Source: Felis catus
Lineage: Eukaryota
Length of the DNA stretch: 64,000 nucleotides
Reading direction: 5' to 3'
NCBI RefSeq assembly: GCF_018350175.1
Contig: NC_058369.1
Location: 22,322,001-22,386,000, forward strand
Part shown: positions 1 to 13,300 of the stretch, one piece after another
How the letters are laid out: each line of letters begins with the position of its first letter
Numbering within the stretch: the first letter of the stretch is position 1
Made by a program: the position numbers and the translations under genes
The notes under the pieces: model-generated
Told to the model about the DNA's origin: nothing
What the model saw: only the letters and a program-made list of their open reading frames with translations
Databases searched by the model: none

Positions 1-122
1 CTGGAGCCTGCTTCGGATTCTGTGTCTCCTTTTCTCTCTCTGCCCCTCCCCAGCTCGTGCTCTCTCTTTCTCTCTCTCAAAAATAAATAAACTCAAAAAC
101 GATTTTTTTTTTAATAAATAAA
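1..122 (+). mobile_element. Can-SINE (SINEC_Fc type), 3' part cut by window edge
   Basis: GGAGCCTGCTTCGGATTCTGTGTCTCC, CT-rich tract, AATAAA/A tail. Confidence 0.9.
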
Positions 123-374
123 AATACGTTCACTTCAGGAGAGGAGACAGACGTGGAAACAGGCACAGAGGGACAGTGACTTCTCTTACAAGAGCTGGGG
201 CCAGTATTGCTGAATCTGTCCACCCCACAGACACCTGCCTGGATCAGGCTCCATCATCTCCCCCTGGGACCCTCCTAATGGTTCCTAGCGGCGTCTGTGC
301 TACCAGGACCCCCACTCCACACCACCTTACAATCTGCTCCCCACACGGTGGCTGAAGGTCAGCTTGGGCCTCAC

Positions 375-436
375 CAAAGTAACTCCACACAAAGAAAACA
401 AGACGACGAACAACTCCTTTGGGTCCAGAGAGGGGT
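375..436 (-). other. CHDH: Candidate 62-nt non-coding CHDH 5' UTR exon
   Basis: Minus strand TTCTTCCCTTCAG|ACCCC ... TTTG|GTGAGG; splice signals only. Confidence 0.35.
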
Positions 437-499
437 CTGAAGGGAAGAACACAACACTGCTTACCGTAGAGGCCGCTTTGAGGCAATTGAGGCGTGGAA

Positions 500-863
500 T
501 GTGGAAAGGGCCACAGTAACCCCCTGGCTGAATACTGACAGACTCATAAGGTGACCCACCTCAAGATATCTATAGGCCCTAATTAACCAATGGGCTATTT
601 ACAACCAGGAAGTTGCCAAAAAAAAAGGGAGAATTCCAAATGTCGCCATACCTCCTCTCTTCCCCCTTTAAAAAGAGCCCCCACCCACCGCCTCCTGGCA
701 GACAGTCTCTCCTCTGCTGTCCTGCCCTGCCGCTCCCTTGTGGTGTATTCAATAAACTTCTATCTCCTTTGTTCTGCCTCAGGTGAAGGCCAAGCCACCA
801 GCTTCTGATCATCACCCCAGATTTGGGGGGCCCTCAACCAATTAGGAGAGACACCGCACCCAC
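500..863 (+). mobile_element. Solo LTR-like element (ERV class uncertain; ends approximate)
   Basis: TG...CA ends, CCAAT, TTTAAAA TATA-like box, CT-rich R region, AATAAAC then pyrimidine-rich U5. Confidence 0.45.
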
Positions 864-869
864 AAAATA

Positions 870-1355
870 CCCTTGCCAAAAAATTCAAACCCGAATCTGC
901 TCAGATCCACCAATTCGGAGGAAAGTCACAGGAGCATAGGAAAGGACACCCACAGGGCCCATCAACAGAACCCAGGTTAAGGGAAGCTCCATAGATTTCT
1001 TTGAGAAGAGATTCAAGTGCAAAATAAGACAGAAAGTGATGGAAGGAAATCTATGGAATAACGTGTGGATCTTCCTTAGACCCTGGAAATGTGAACACTG
1101 GCTGGATTTTTGAGGAGGTTAAGAAGGGCGTCACTGCTTGTCAGATGTGACAATGGCCCTGTGGTTATGTTGTTTAAAATGACTCTCTCAGAAATACATA
1201 CTAAGAAATAGAAGAAATAGGATTTGGGATTTGCTTTAAAACAACCCAGGGCGTCATGAGGGGGTGGACAAAATAGGATCACAGCTGCTTTGTGATGGAC
1301 ACGTGGGGCTCAGCAAAGGCTCCTGGCTAATTTTGCTGCAAATTTTCCATAAAGA
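870..1355 (+). mobile_element. Old L1 (L1MC/ME-like) 3' fragment
   Basis: GTGACAATGG...GTGGTTATG...GAAATACATACT...GGGATTTGCTTTAAAA resembles L1M 3' UTR. Confidence 0.5.
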
Positions 1356-1561
1356 AAAGGGTGCTGTTGTTGTTGTTGTCTGTTTTAAATCTCAAATATC
1401 GCCACCAAAGGAGTGAGGGAAAGAAAGGAGGGTAGGCCGGAGAACCCCTCCAGGCAGGGGGCCAGGTCTAGGCTGGAGGGTCCCCAACCATTCCACTGCA
1501 AATGCGTACACATTCTGTGCTCTGTGCAGTTTTCAAGTCTCAGTTAAAAAACACCCACCTC

Positions 1562-1751
1562 GGGCACCTGGGACTTCAGCACAAGTCATGATCTCACTGT
1601 GAGTTCAAGCCTCGGGTGGGCGGGCTCTGCGATGACAGCCAGAACCCATTTGGATCCTGTGTCCCCCCTGTCTCTCCGCCCCTCCCCCTGCTCACTTGCA
1701 GGCACGCGCTCTCTCTCTCTCAAAAATAAATAAACATTAAAAAAAAAAACA
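1562..1751 (+). mobile_element. Can-SINE
   Basis: GGGCACCTGG head, GTCATGATCTC, CT tract, A tail; flanking ACCCACCTC duplication. Confidence 0.85.
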
Positions 1752-1926
1752 ACCCACCTCACACCCAGATATGGCAGGATTCAGGCCACCAGTGCCAGCA
1801 TACACACTGTTATGGATTGTCTGTGAAAGAGAAGAAAGTCAGAGCTGAGAAACTTCTACAGCAATGTCACACAGTTACTATGTCTGCTGGGTGTCGTCCT
1901 TAAGATAATGGCTTTAAAAAGTGAAG

Positions 1927-2147
1927 GGGGGCGTGGCTCAGTCCGCTCAGGTCATGATCCCACCCTTCGTGAGTTTGAGACCCTGAGCCCGCGTCCAGCT
2001 CTGTGCTGACAGCTCGGAGCCTGGAACCTGCTTCGGATTCTGTGTCCCCCTCTCTCTCTGCCCCTCCCCTGCTGGCACTCTGTCCCTCTGTCTCTCAAAA
2101 CTGAATAAAAGTTAAAAAAAATTTTTTTTAAGAAAATAAAATAAAAA
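1927..2147 (+). mobile_element. Can-SINE
   Basis: Typical body and A tail. Confidence 0.88.
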
Positions 2148-5100
2148 GTAAAGGGAGCTGGTGGTCAAGATCCTTGGGTTGCAGCCCCAATGCCGTCGCC
2201 ACTCAAGGTTTATTTAGCACCTCTGGGCCTCAGTTTCCTCATCCATAAAATGGGAACAGAGCCACCTCTTCTGTAGGTTTGATAGAACAAAAGGAACTCA
2301 GAGCCAAAAACACCCTTCAAAGAATGAAAAGTGTTAAGCCAAACCACATGGAGATTTTGTCACACTCCCAGTGTGGCCTGGGCCCTGTCCCTGCCCTACT
2401 CCCTGCATAGCCTCACTCACCCTGTTTCTACCTCCATCAAGTGCAACCACGGCCAAACACAGTATTACTGATAATAGATTAACTAAAGTATCATTGATCA
2501 AAAAAATAGATCACCAACCCTCCTGTGTGTGCCTGACACCTCCAGGAACCCTCCCTCCAGTCCTTTGGGGCCCACTTCATCACCCCATGTACAGCTGGGG
2601 CTCTGGGAGAACAGCAGTCCCTGCCCCCTTTGCATTCAGACTTGCTTTCAGGTCCCAGCATGGCAACACACACAAACACTAATGCAAGTGCACGTGGGCT
2701 GCGACTTCACAGGGTTTTGTCCCAGAACAAGCAGAAGTCATATTAACATGGAGTTCACCACCTGGCCCCATCTGTGTTCCTTTCTGGGCTGGCCCCTCCA
2801 CGCCACGGCAGCAGAGCAGACAACAGCGTCCTGTGGCCCTGCAGGGAAGAGTGGGCGCGGGGCCTCAGTGAGGCTTCATGTCCCTGGCTCAAAGCAGGCA
2901 TTACCCTTGACCCTGCGAAGTCCAACGAGCTGGAGGAGAACACGGGTGAGAGGAGTACCGAGGACACAGGTGCTCCCACTAGACCCAAGCCCCAGCTGGG
3001 GTGGGCCGCTGAGGCCCTGGGAAGCAGCCAGAACCGGCTTGCTCTTCATGAGACAATGAGTCCACTGTTACTGGCCGGGACCTTGATTAATATTTGCAAA
3101 AGGAGCAAAGTGGAAAATTCCACCTGGGCGGAGGCAGGGCCCAGGGGAAGTGTCAACAACCTCAATGGCCTTGTTCTCCCCGGGATGGACCAGGCAGAGA
3201 AACAAAGGCCCGATAAAGGATACAGAACCTGAGAGTGTCAATGCACTTGGATCCAAAGGAAATTCCTTATTTGGGTCAGGGAGGCATTAATTTTTTTGTC
3301 ATCCTGACTTTCCTGCCCCTAAACTGACCAACACCTTGAAATCCTTCAACTCTCTTTCTCTCTCTGTAGTCTCCCAATAGCCCTGCCAGACCAGCAGAGC
3401 TGATGCTGGCCCCATGTTACAGATAGGGAAACTGAGACTCCAACACAATGAGAGCTTCGCCCAAGGCCAGCAGCTGGTGAGTAGCACATCCAGGCAAACC
3501 CTGGTGTCTCAACTGCCAGCGGTGGCACAGAGCCTGTTCCAGGGAGTCTGGGGTCAGGTGTCACAGGGACTAGACAGGGTGGACTTCTGGGCTCCGGCAG
3601 AGGCCCCGACCTTCACTCCACCAGAGGAGAAAGAGGAAGAAGCCCAAAGCAGCTCTCCCGGGTAGGCGGGTGTAAGCACCACCATGGGGGGAAGGTGCAC
3701 ATAATTGATTCATTCAAGCATTTAACAGTGCCTCCTGAATACCGGGATGCCAAGGCCACTGTGGACGCAAAGGTGCACTGCGTGGTGGCCCTTTGAGAAA
3801 CCCAGACCTGGCAGAATTCAGGACTGAAGGGGGAAGGTCCAAGTCTCTCCAAAGGCTGCTTCCCTCACAGGCTCAAGTCACCTCACTGAGCCACTTCACG
3901 GTCTCATCTGCCCCATTTTACAGAAAAGGAAACTGAGGCCTTGAGAAGGGCAGCGACATGCCACAGGTCACAGAGAGAGAGGAAGCTAAGACACCTGGAT
4001 ACTTAGTGGCCCTGCCTCCAGTTTATAAAGCCACAATGTTATTGGGCTTAGGTATTCAAAGCAATGGTGTCCCTTCCAACGGGCCCCTCGAAGGCTGTAT
4101 GCTTACCAACAAGGACCTCTCATGAAGAACACTTTTTGGAATGACCTTCCGAGCCAGCATGGACCGCCCCCCCCCCCCCGCCGTCCACCCCCCAAGCAGG
4201 CACAGCTTGCTTGTCTACAGAGAACACCAGCGGTGGCTACAAGTCCTTCCCCTCCACGCCCATCCCGCAGTCCTGTCTACAGAGCTGGTCATGGGCATCA
4301 TCACCATCCCAGAGCCCCAGAGGGCCAGGGCGCTGTCAGCACTGTGCCCACACCCCACGCTGCTCAGCGTCCCTCCTTCCACCCCTGCTACCACATGCTC
4401 AGTGACATCCACACCACACTCACCTCCCCCTTCACTCATCAGCTCCTGCCCCTGGAGAAAGAACCTTCGACCCTCCTTTTCTTAAAACCACCCCCACCCC
4501 ACTCCCATCTCTGAATGCATTTCCTCCCATGTCCATTTCATCCCCTCTTGTCAAAGCCACCCTGACTGCGAGTGACGCACCCTGACCTCTCTGCCCCATT
4601 TGATCCCCCGGGGCTGCTCCCTCATCCCGGGTTTTTTTCACCCCCTATAAATGTCCTACTCATAAATCCTATCTCCAGGCCTCAGCTCTGCATCCCTGCT
4701 CGTTCCCACACCTCTCGCACTCATGGTCCCAACACACAGCTGTAAAGCCAGCATAGCTCGGAGCCTGGCCCACAACGGACACTCACCTGTTCATTGAGGG
4801 AATGCATATTGGTTAGCAGCCACTTTCTCGCTGGTGTCAGAGGGGCTGGCCCCCCATTGCCCTGCACAGTCACCCAAGTGGCCTTTCTAAAGCTTAAACT
4901 GAACACTGCCTAAACCTCGGCTGTTGTTGTTCCTTGGCACCCGGGGACAAAGTTCACGATCTCCACCGGGCCTAGGGGCCTGTCTCCAACTGCAATTTCA
5001 CAGCCAGGGCAGGCACACATGCCCTTGAACATGCACTCACCACATTCATCCCCAGAGAGCGCCCATCAGCCAGTACCTGTGTGTCATTCACCTTTGCACC

Positions 5101-6102
5101 CCAGGACTGGCACCCTGCAGGTGTTTGCTGAGAAGACAGACAACTATCAGAGCTGTAAAAGGTCTCAAGGACCACATAGGTCAAAGCAACTCAGAGAGGT
5201 TGAGTAAGGGGCCCAGAGTGACCCAGCCCCAGGCAGTGATGAGGCAACAATCTCCCGTCAGTCAATTCTCCAGGGTCAGGAACCAGACCAATCCTCTGGA
5301 AACGTCACCTGGAGCCCCACATGTACGCATGCCAGAGCTCTAGCTGACCTTGAGACTGAGCTCCAGTCCATGTAGCCCGAAATCTGTACCCGGCAAGTGA
5401 GCCAGGCCTGGCACATAGTAGGACCTCAGCAAAACCAGCTGCTTGATAAAGTCAACCTCTCACCAGCTGACAATTCCCTCCATAAGTTTCAGGGCCATCT
5501 CTAGGCCTTCATCTCTTCATCTGTAGGAAGGCGGCTAACATGGCCTGCAAGTTTCAGTGGCCTGGAGTTGGTCAACCTAACTTGGTCCTTTGCACACAGG
5601 GGACTGCAGCAGCCCAGATCTAAGCTCTGAGATCCACTGTTAGCCCAACTAATTTTTTGTTAACCTGTTCCCAAATCACTGTGTCTCAAGGGATGGTTCC
5701 AGCCAGCCGCAGGCGGCAGAATTACCAAAAGAGGGCTTGTAAAAGCAGAGCCCAGTGGGTGTCCAGGGGTCAGAACAAGGGTCTGAGGGCCGGCCGGGGA
5801 TTTGCATTTAAGGCGACACGTGATTCTTGCGAACAGCGAAATCCTGACAGCGTCCAACGCTTCCGCCTTCGGACACCCAAGTGTTACTTTCAGACCTCGT
5901 TTTGTTTGGCAGTAAACACACCAGGTTTCCATTACTCTAACAACACACAACTTAGTTCCTCAGAAGTACTAGCTGCCGCGAAGAACTCAGCGAGGTTCGG
6001 CTGCCCGCGTCCCACCCTTTTGTCTCGGGGGGGGGGGAAGGAGCGCCGGTGCGGAAGGTCGGGCTCCTGCCTCGGCGTCCAGCCCGGGTCCTCCCGACTC
6101 AC

Positions 6103-6330
6103 CCACTCCCGGCCCGAGGCCGCCCGGGGCTCCGGTCTGCGGCCAGGGCCGTGCGGGTCGGGGCGCGCCCCATGCTACTCACCCTCGGCAGCTGGGGCCC
6201 GGGGCGGGGCGGGGGGGGGGGGCTGCGGCGGAGCGGCGGCGGCGGCGTCAGGCCCCTCACCCCGCTACCCTGTAACTGGCGGCGCCGGCGCACCGCGCGC
6301 TCTCCGCGGCCTGGAGGGGAACGACGGGCG
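6103..6330 (-). other. CHDH: Putative non-coding first exon of CHDH (choline dehydrogenase); 5' end approximate; coding exons lie left of the window
   Basis: Minus-strand donor GG|GTGAGT (ACTCAC 6097-6102) in the CpG island; head-to-head CHDH/IL17RB arrangement is established mammalian synteny. Confidence 0.6.
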
Positions 6331-6658
6331 GGCGGTTCGGACCGGGTCTGCGGGCTGGCCCGAGCGCGCGTGTGCAATTCTGCACTTGGCTCACTGCTCA
6401 CACGTGTGCACGGGGTCCGGAGCGCGCCGGGACCACCGGTGCTCTGCTCACCAGGCGCCCCGAGGCTCTGGGACGCGGCCCATTCCCGCGAGCCCCGGCA
6501 GGCGGGCCCAGGCGCTCCTACGTTGCCACCCAGAGAGGGGTCCGCCCTCGGCGCGGGCGGCGGGGCTGGGGCGGTGCTGCAGGAGGCGGGGCCCCGAGGG
6601 ATGGCCCCGGGTGCCGTGATAAGAGTGCGGCCGGCCGGGGGCTGAAGGGGGTTCCGCG

Positions 6659-6718
6659 ATGTCGCTAGCGCTGCTGAGTCTGGCCGCGCTGTGCTGGGGA
6701 TTGGTGTCCACGGAGCCG
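6659..6718 (+). CDS. IL17RB: IL17RB exon 1 (signal peptide)
   Basis: MSLALLSLAALCWGLVSTEP then CCG|GTAAGC. Confidence 0.93.
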
Positions 6719-7266
6719 GTAAGCCTCCGCCCGCGCCCCTTTCCCACGTTCCCTCCCTGGAGCCCCGACCCTGACGGCGTCCGACGCCCCATCTCATGCT
6801 TGTTCTCCGAGGGCCCCCTGGAAGGGGCACACATGCGCCCTCCGGGTCAGCCCGACACGCGGTCCTGGGCTTCAGACTCGAGTCAGGGGCGTCGGAATCA
6901 GAGGGCCCCGGGCTCAAATGCCAGCCGGTGTTCTGGATTCGGTCATTTATGCTCACTGAGGCTCGGTGTCTTCATCTGTAGAAGGAAGACTCACTTGGGT
7001 CTAGTGAGGAACAGCGACAGGGCTTGCAAGGCAGCAGCAAAGAGCCTGGCACATGGTAGGCACTCAATATTGTTAATTGGTACGCTTGCAATCGAGGTCT
7101 GCCCACTTTTGGGTACAAGAACTGCTTCTCGGGGCGCCTGGGTGGCTCAGGCACCCGAAGCATCCGGCTTCGGCTCAGGTCATGGTCTCGTGATTCGTGG
7201 GTTCGAGCCCCGTGTCCTGCCCTGTGATGCTAGCTCAGAGCCTGGAGCCTGCTTCAGATTCTGTCA

Positions 7267-7310
<44 letters not shown>

Positions 7311-7335
7311 GCCCCTCCCATACTTATAGAGAATA

Positions 7336-7372
<37 letters not shown>

Positions 7373-10300
7373 AAAAATAAATTAATAAACGTTAAAAAAC
7401 AAAACAAAACAAACAAACAAAAAACCCCTGCTTCTCCATTACTGCTTGCCCTTTTTTGCCATGTTGATTGATGCTGTGCTAGGGTACCATGACCCGGAGC
7501 TAGTAATCTGTTGAACTCTGGCTGGTTTCCTTTTCTCCCCAGTGCCTCAAAGGATTGAGGGAATCTTTTGGGTCACTAGTGAAGAAAAATCTTATGAAAC
7601 AGCATTTGAAACTATATCCCTGCTGTCTTAGCATAGAACGTAAAACATGGTGGTTACTTGTCCATGATTATGGAAAGATGAACCCCGATCATGTGCCCTG
7701 GTGCTTCCAGCTACTCTCCTTGTTGCTTTGCTTCTTCCTAAAATTGGTCTCACCAGCCCTTTGACAAGAACTCAGCTCCCACTATGGTGTCTTATTTGTT
7801 TAAAAAAATGTCTGATATTACTTGGAGTTCAGCTTTAAAAAGACAAAGATGAGGGACTAACAATTTCACCCAAACCCATATTACTCAAACCATCGAAAGT
7901 CTTACCTTCTGTCTTACAAGATGTTTGGAAATGTACAGGCTGAGAGGGATCAGACTCCAGAGCTGGTTGACTTTTATTGTATAGGGTCTTGTCACTGGAA
8001 CTTGCTGCTGCCTGAAAGTTAAATATTTTAGATCCAGTATTTTCTTCCAAAACAAAAGTACTGATTATTTGTTTCTTAAAATGACATGAGCCATGAACCC
8101 TAAAGGATTTAGTACTGGCCTTTTTGGGCACTAATGATCAAGAGTTTTTAAAAACTCTTTTCAAAAGATAACATGATGAAATCACAACTGCTTTTTGATT
8201 TTCTGAATAGCTAGCTCAGGTGAGTCCTTTTCTATCAGAGGAGGAATATTTTAAAGACACTGGGACAGCACCTTGGATTGCGTTCATAACTTTCTTCCAT
8301 TTATCTTCTTGGCACAGCTAGTCCTTAACCTGGAGAGAATCAATAGGTTCTCTGGATGGTCCTCAAAATCTACACTTGAACATTAGAGTGGGAAGGGGTC
8401 TTCATGATGGTCCAGATCACCCCTGCTTATAGCAGGGAAAGGGGGTGAGGCGCAGAGAAGAGTGGAGACCCAACTCTAGTTTTTAAGTGTGGCGATGAGC
8501 AGGCTTGAGGATCTAAGTATATTGATAGCTAATCTAAGGTCTATCGTAGCCTACGATGGGCCAGCTTAGTCTCCCCTAAACTGAAGTGGAACCAGCCCAA
8601 CTTTTCTCTGAAAGTTTGCCACTCGTATATACATTTTAAGAAAAATATGGTGTTTTGTCTAATTTGGCAAATGAAGGCTTATGGTTTGCTGACATTCAAC
8701 ACAATACTTTGTTTCTTTCTCTCTTGCAGACCATTCAGTGTGGCTCTGAACCTGGTAGGTGTGCTAGGGAATGGGCATTTGGGGCTTTATACTGACAGAA
8801 CAGTGGACTTTTAGAGGGCCCAAATCCAGACAGTGGGTCACTGGAGACCAGGGAGAGGGTGAAACATTGCTTTGTTAGCCAACGTGGATGAAGCCTCTAC
8901 CCAGCAAGGCAGAGCTCCCAGTGTTTCAGATGGGCTGGCTTCCTGGCCAGTAAGAGGGGCACAGGCAGGGCCGGAATCCCCGTTCATGGTGGAAAGTGAA
9001 GCCTGCCGCTCTGGGAGATCAAGTGCTGTGATAAGGAGGTCACTTACAGTGGAGAACAGGAAGCAGCTGTCTTAGAAAAGGAGGAGTGTTTGAGATGGTA
9101 GCCTTTGAAGAATGAGTGGGCTCCCGCCCAAGAATTGTGGATGGAAAAAGGTGAGCTGGAGGAGGGTTGGGGCCACCAGTGATTAGGAAGTGGGAGTTGT
9201 GTGGGCCAGCTGGCTGGAGTCCAGGCTGATACATGAGGGACAAGCATGTCAAATTTGCTAAATACATCCTTAAGTGCACAGGCGCATGGGGTGGTCCCAA
9301 GTGCCCTGTGGGGTGGGGCCGGAAGGTTGCCAATCTCCTTGGCCATAAATCAGCCAGCACTAAGAGACGTGTGCTGCCTTAGCAGGAAGAAGAGATGAAT
9401 AGGGAGTGAAGGATGGATCGGGGTGGGCCACTCAGAGGAGATGGCGTTGGGTAGGGCCAGGGAGGAGAGCCTCTTAGGCAGTTTTGCCTCTTCCCAGGAC
9501 CGTCTCCAGAGTGGATGGTCCAACACACTCTGACCCCAGGAGACTTGAGGGACCTCCGAGTGGAACCTGTTAGAAGCAGAGTTGCAATGGACTATTCAAT
9601 TTTGATGAATGTGAGCTGGGTACTCCGGGCAGATGGTAAGTCTGCATCAAGCAATAAAGTATCTACTAAAGCAGAAAAGTGCAGATTGTGTGACCCATTA
9701 ATTCCACCGCTGGCGGGAACCACACAGAATACTGTAAATACATAAGTGCACCAAAAGCCACATACTGTGGTCCCCCCTTATCTGTGGTTTTACTTTCCAT
9801 GGTTTCAGTTACTCACGGTCAACCAGAGGCTGCAAGCAGACGGTCCTCCTTCTGACGTATCTTCAGAAGGTCCATAGTAGCTTAATGCTATGTCAGCGCC
9901 AACCACATTCACCTCGCTTCACCTCATCACATAGAAGATGGACGAGCACAGCACAATATTTTCAGATAGAGATCACATTCACATAACTTTTATTACAGTC
10001 TGTTGTTATAATTGTTCTATTTTATTATCAACTATTGTTAATCTCTTGCTGTGCCTGATTTATAAATTAAACTTTATCATAGGTATATGTGTATAGGGAA
10101 AAAAATGTAGATAGGGTTCAGTACTCTCCACAGTTTTAGGCATCCACTGGGGGTCTTGGAATATATCCCCTGTGAGCAAGGGGGTGGGGTGCTGCTGTAC
10201 TAGATTATTCTTGGTAGCATTATTCATAACAGCCAAAAAATGGAATGCATCAAATGCCTGACAGTAGAATTGGAATCACAGAACCAACCCGATGCAGCAA

Positions 10301-13300
10301 TGAGTATGATGATCTGTCACTAAACACAGTATGGATGAATGAATCTCACAAACATAAGACACCAGATTCCAGAGTCCACATCCACATCTGAATGCAAAAC
10401 TAAGTGGTTGGAAGCCACAGTAGTGGTTCTTCTTGGGTAGGGAGCAACTGACAGCACGAAGGGCATTCCTGGTGTGTTTCTCAGCCTGGGTACTGGCTAC
10501 GTGAGCGTGACGACCCATCATGTGGTCTACTTACGATCTTTGTACTCTTTGGTTTGTTAGATCTTGTGGAAGAAAACAGAGTAAGTGCAGAGATGATTTC
10601 CCTCCCCCCCGCCCCAGCCCCCAACCACCACCAAGTTTAGGAAAAGTGCTGGCTCAGGTACATTTCTGTTTCCCAAATGGCACCATGAAAGTCCTGGCAT
10701 TTCCTCCAAGGCAGCTTGCAAGTTCTTTCAATGAACCAATCCTGGGGGCCTAAAGCCCATGTCTCTGCTTTCCACCCGCTCAATTCAGTTCAATTCCATC
10801 AAGTCAGGAATTCAGGAGTGCCAGGCACAGAGAGGTGAGGCGGCCACAGTTCCCACCCAGTAGGGCTCTCAGAGGACGGGGGGAGGCAAGCAGAGGGGCA
10901 CAGGCTCAGTGTCAGGGGGTCCCAGAAGGAGCTGTGCTCCATCTGAATGGGGTGGAGGCAGCGGGGAGCTGGCGAGGGTCCTCAGGGAGCACTGTAACTA
11001 GGTGGTGCAGTGAGGCAGTGGCCCTACACCGAGTACAGAGTGAGCATTTGCATTTGTTAGCTGTTATTACAGGAGAGCTTGGCCTTGAAGGAGTGGTCAG
11101 CCTTCCAGGCAGGGAATAGGGTGAGGGAGGGGCAGTCAGAACAGCCTGGTTTGATGGTGACACTCTGAGGGGCCTGTTCCTCTTAAAAGACACCCACGGT
11201 AGTGCAGAGCCAGAGTCCCCTTTGCAGGATCCTGTGAAATTGAGGGTTACCGGTGAGGAGGAAAGAGCTTGGGTTTTGGAGTTAAATCCATATCTGCCAC
11301 TGGTGAGCTTTGTAAGCTTAGGCAGTGCTCCCTGAAATCCCCCAAGCCTCACTCACCCTATCTGTAAACAGAGGACAGCAAAGGTGCCTACCTTACAGGA
11401 CTGTTGTGAATATGAACTGGGATAAGGCATGTAAACCCTCCAGCATCAAGCTGGCCGCATAGTAGGTGCTAAATAAACAGCTGCCTTCTTGCCTGTCTCT
11501 GCAGCCAGCATCCGCTTGTTGAAGGCCACCAAGATCTGCGTGACAGGCAAGAGTAACCTCCAGTCCTACAGCTGCGTGAGGTGCAATTACACAGAAGCCT
11601 TCCAGACTCAGACCAGACCCTCTGGCGGCAGAGTGAGCGCGCTGAGGCACTTCGGCTAATTGTCGTTAAAGCTCGCCCCTTTGCTTGGGGGGCAGACGTG
11701 ACGTGCAGTACACACAGGCTGCTGAGCGGCCACAGCTTGGAGCCTAGAGTAGGATGCCTGGGTTCAAATCCTATTTTTGGCCACTTCTGGGCTGTGTGCC
11801 GTGGGCAAGTCAGCATCTCTGGGCCTCAGTTTCCCCATCCACAAAGTGAGGGGAGCTGAACTTAAATTATATCCTGGCTCTAAAAGTTTACACTTCTCTG
11901 ATTCTGTGACTTACACTGGCAAATGGTGTGAGCTCTGTTCCCGTAGTAGACATCAGCTGGAGACAGAAGTTTCAGCAGTAGGTAGAGGAATGCAATTATA
12001 AATGGAAAGGGCAGCACACAAAGGCACTACATTTCTGCATTGCAGTGCTTTGGGAATTCAGGGGTTCTTTGCTTTGCCTTGCAGTGGACGTTTTCCTACG
12101 TAGGTTTTCCTGTGGAGCTGAACACAGTCTACTTCATTGGGGCCCACAATATCCCCAATGCAAATATAAATGAAGACAGCCCCTCCATGTCTGTGAATTT
12201 CACCTCACCAGGTAACTCCCTCACTCCTCCCTCTGTCATCCTCTGTCTTGCGGGGATGCTTGCTGTCTGGTGTGTGGTTTGGCACAGAGAGGCTGGGGTG
12301 CCTCGACAAGGCATTTGGCTTCGCCGAGTCTGGTTTCCTCGTGAGACACAGTAGTGACTATACCTCACTCACAGAGTGGGGGAGAGGAGGAAGTCAGATA
12401 AAAAGTAGGGAAAAGCCTGTTCCTGTGCGTCAGGCACCAGCTGAGCACCTGACGTGCATCCTGTCACCAAAGCTTCCAACAGCCCTGAGGTTGTTGGATA
12501 GATGAAGACATTGAGAGCTTAAGTGACTTGCCCTGGGTTACACACACAGGAAGAGTGAAGCTGACGTCCCAACCCTGGGCCTTCTTGATCAGTGACTTTA
12601 ACCATCTGCCACTAATGCAGAATGTTGTGGGTACAATGTGGGCTCCAGTGTCGGCTGGCTTCCTCACTGGCTGTGGTGTTTGAGGAGTGGCTGGGTCTCT
12701 GAGGACACATGGACCCCAGTCGGCCCCCGGGGCTGTCAGTGAAATGCAGGTGGCACTGGGTTGAACGCTGGGTTATTTCCCCTATGCTACAGCACACAAC
12801 CAGCCCTCCAGTATCACACCTTCAGGGTCACACACGGGGCTGCCGCGCGGATGAGACAGGATCGTGTGTCATGTGTAGAGGGGCCAGCGCGGTGCCCGGC
12901 TACAGTGGTTCCCATGCCACCCTCACCTGGGATGGGTCACCTGTTCTGTACTCCACTCCTGTCCTCTGCCTCTGGCAAAGTGTCCAAGCCAAATGGGGTA
13001 AATTTCTGATTCCTTGCTGTTCTTTGAGAGTGTGGTCCAGGGTGTTCTTTTTGCCCCACAACTTACTACATAGTAGTTTCCAGTTTTCTTGATGCGACCA
13101 AACCCCATTTTAAAAAACATAAATGTCTTATTTTGGAGTAATTTTAGCTTTACAGAAAAGTTGCAAAGATAATACAAAGAACTGTGTGGATGTCCGAAGG
13201 ATCTCCATATAGCTCTCACTCAGTTTCCCCGATCATTCATTCACCTTTTATGTCACCGTGGTACGTTTATCAAAGCTAAGAAGCCAACATGGGTACATCC

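Larger units (their letters stand above)
5800..6900. promoter_or_regulatory. CpG island, bidirectional CHDH/IL17RB promoter
   Basis: High GC/CpG, GC boxes, CACGTG ~6401, TGATAA 6617-6622; IL17RB ATG at 6659; minus-strand donor at 6102. Confidence 0.85.

Noticed and set aside
4787..4886. Minus-strand exon candidate with CAG|GTGAGT donor in CHDH intron 1
   Set aside because: Weak acceptor and no other support; such motifs occur by chance
5657..7471. Long overlapping ORFs (320, 285, 270 aa) around the first CpG island
   Set aside because: Low-complexity Gly/Arg/Pro/Ala products expected from stop-poor GC-rich DNA; only the first 20 codons of 6659..7471 are IL17RB, and the rest runs into MIR/SINE
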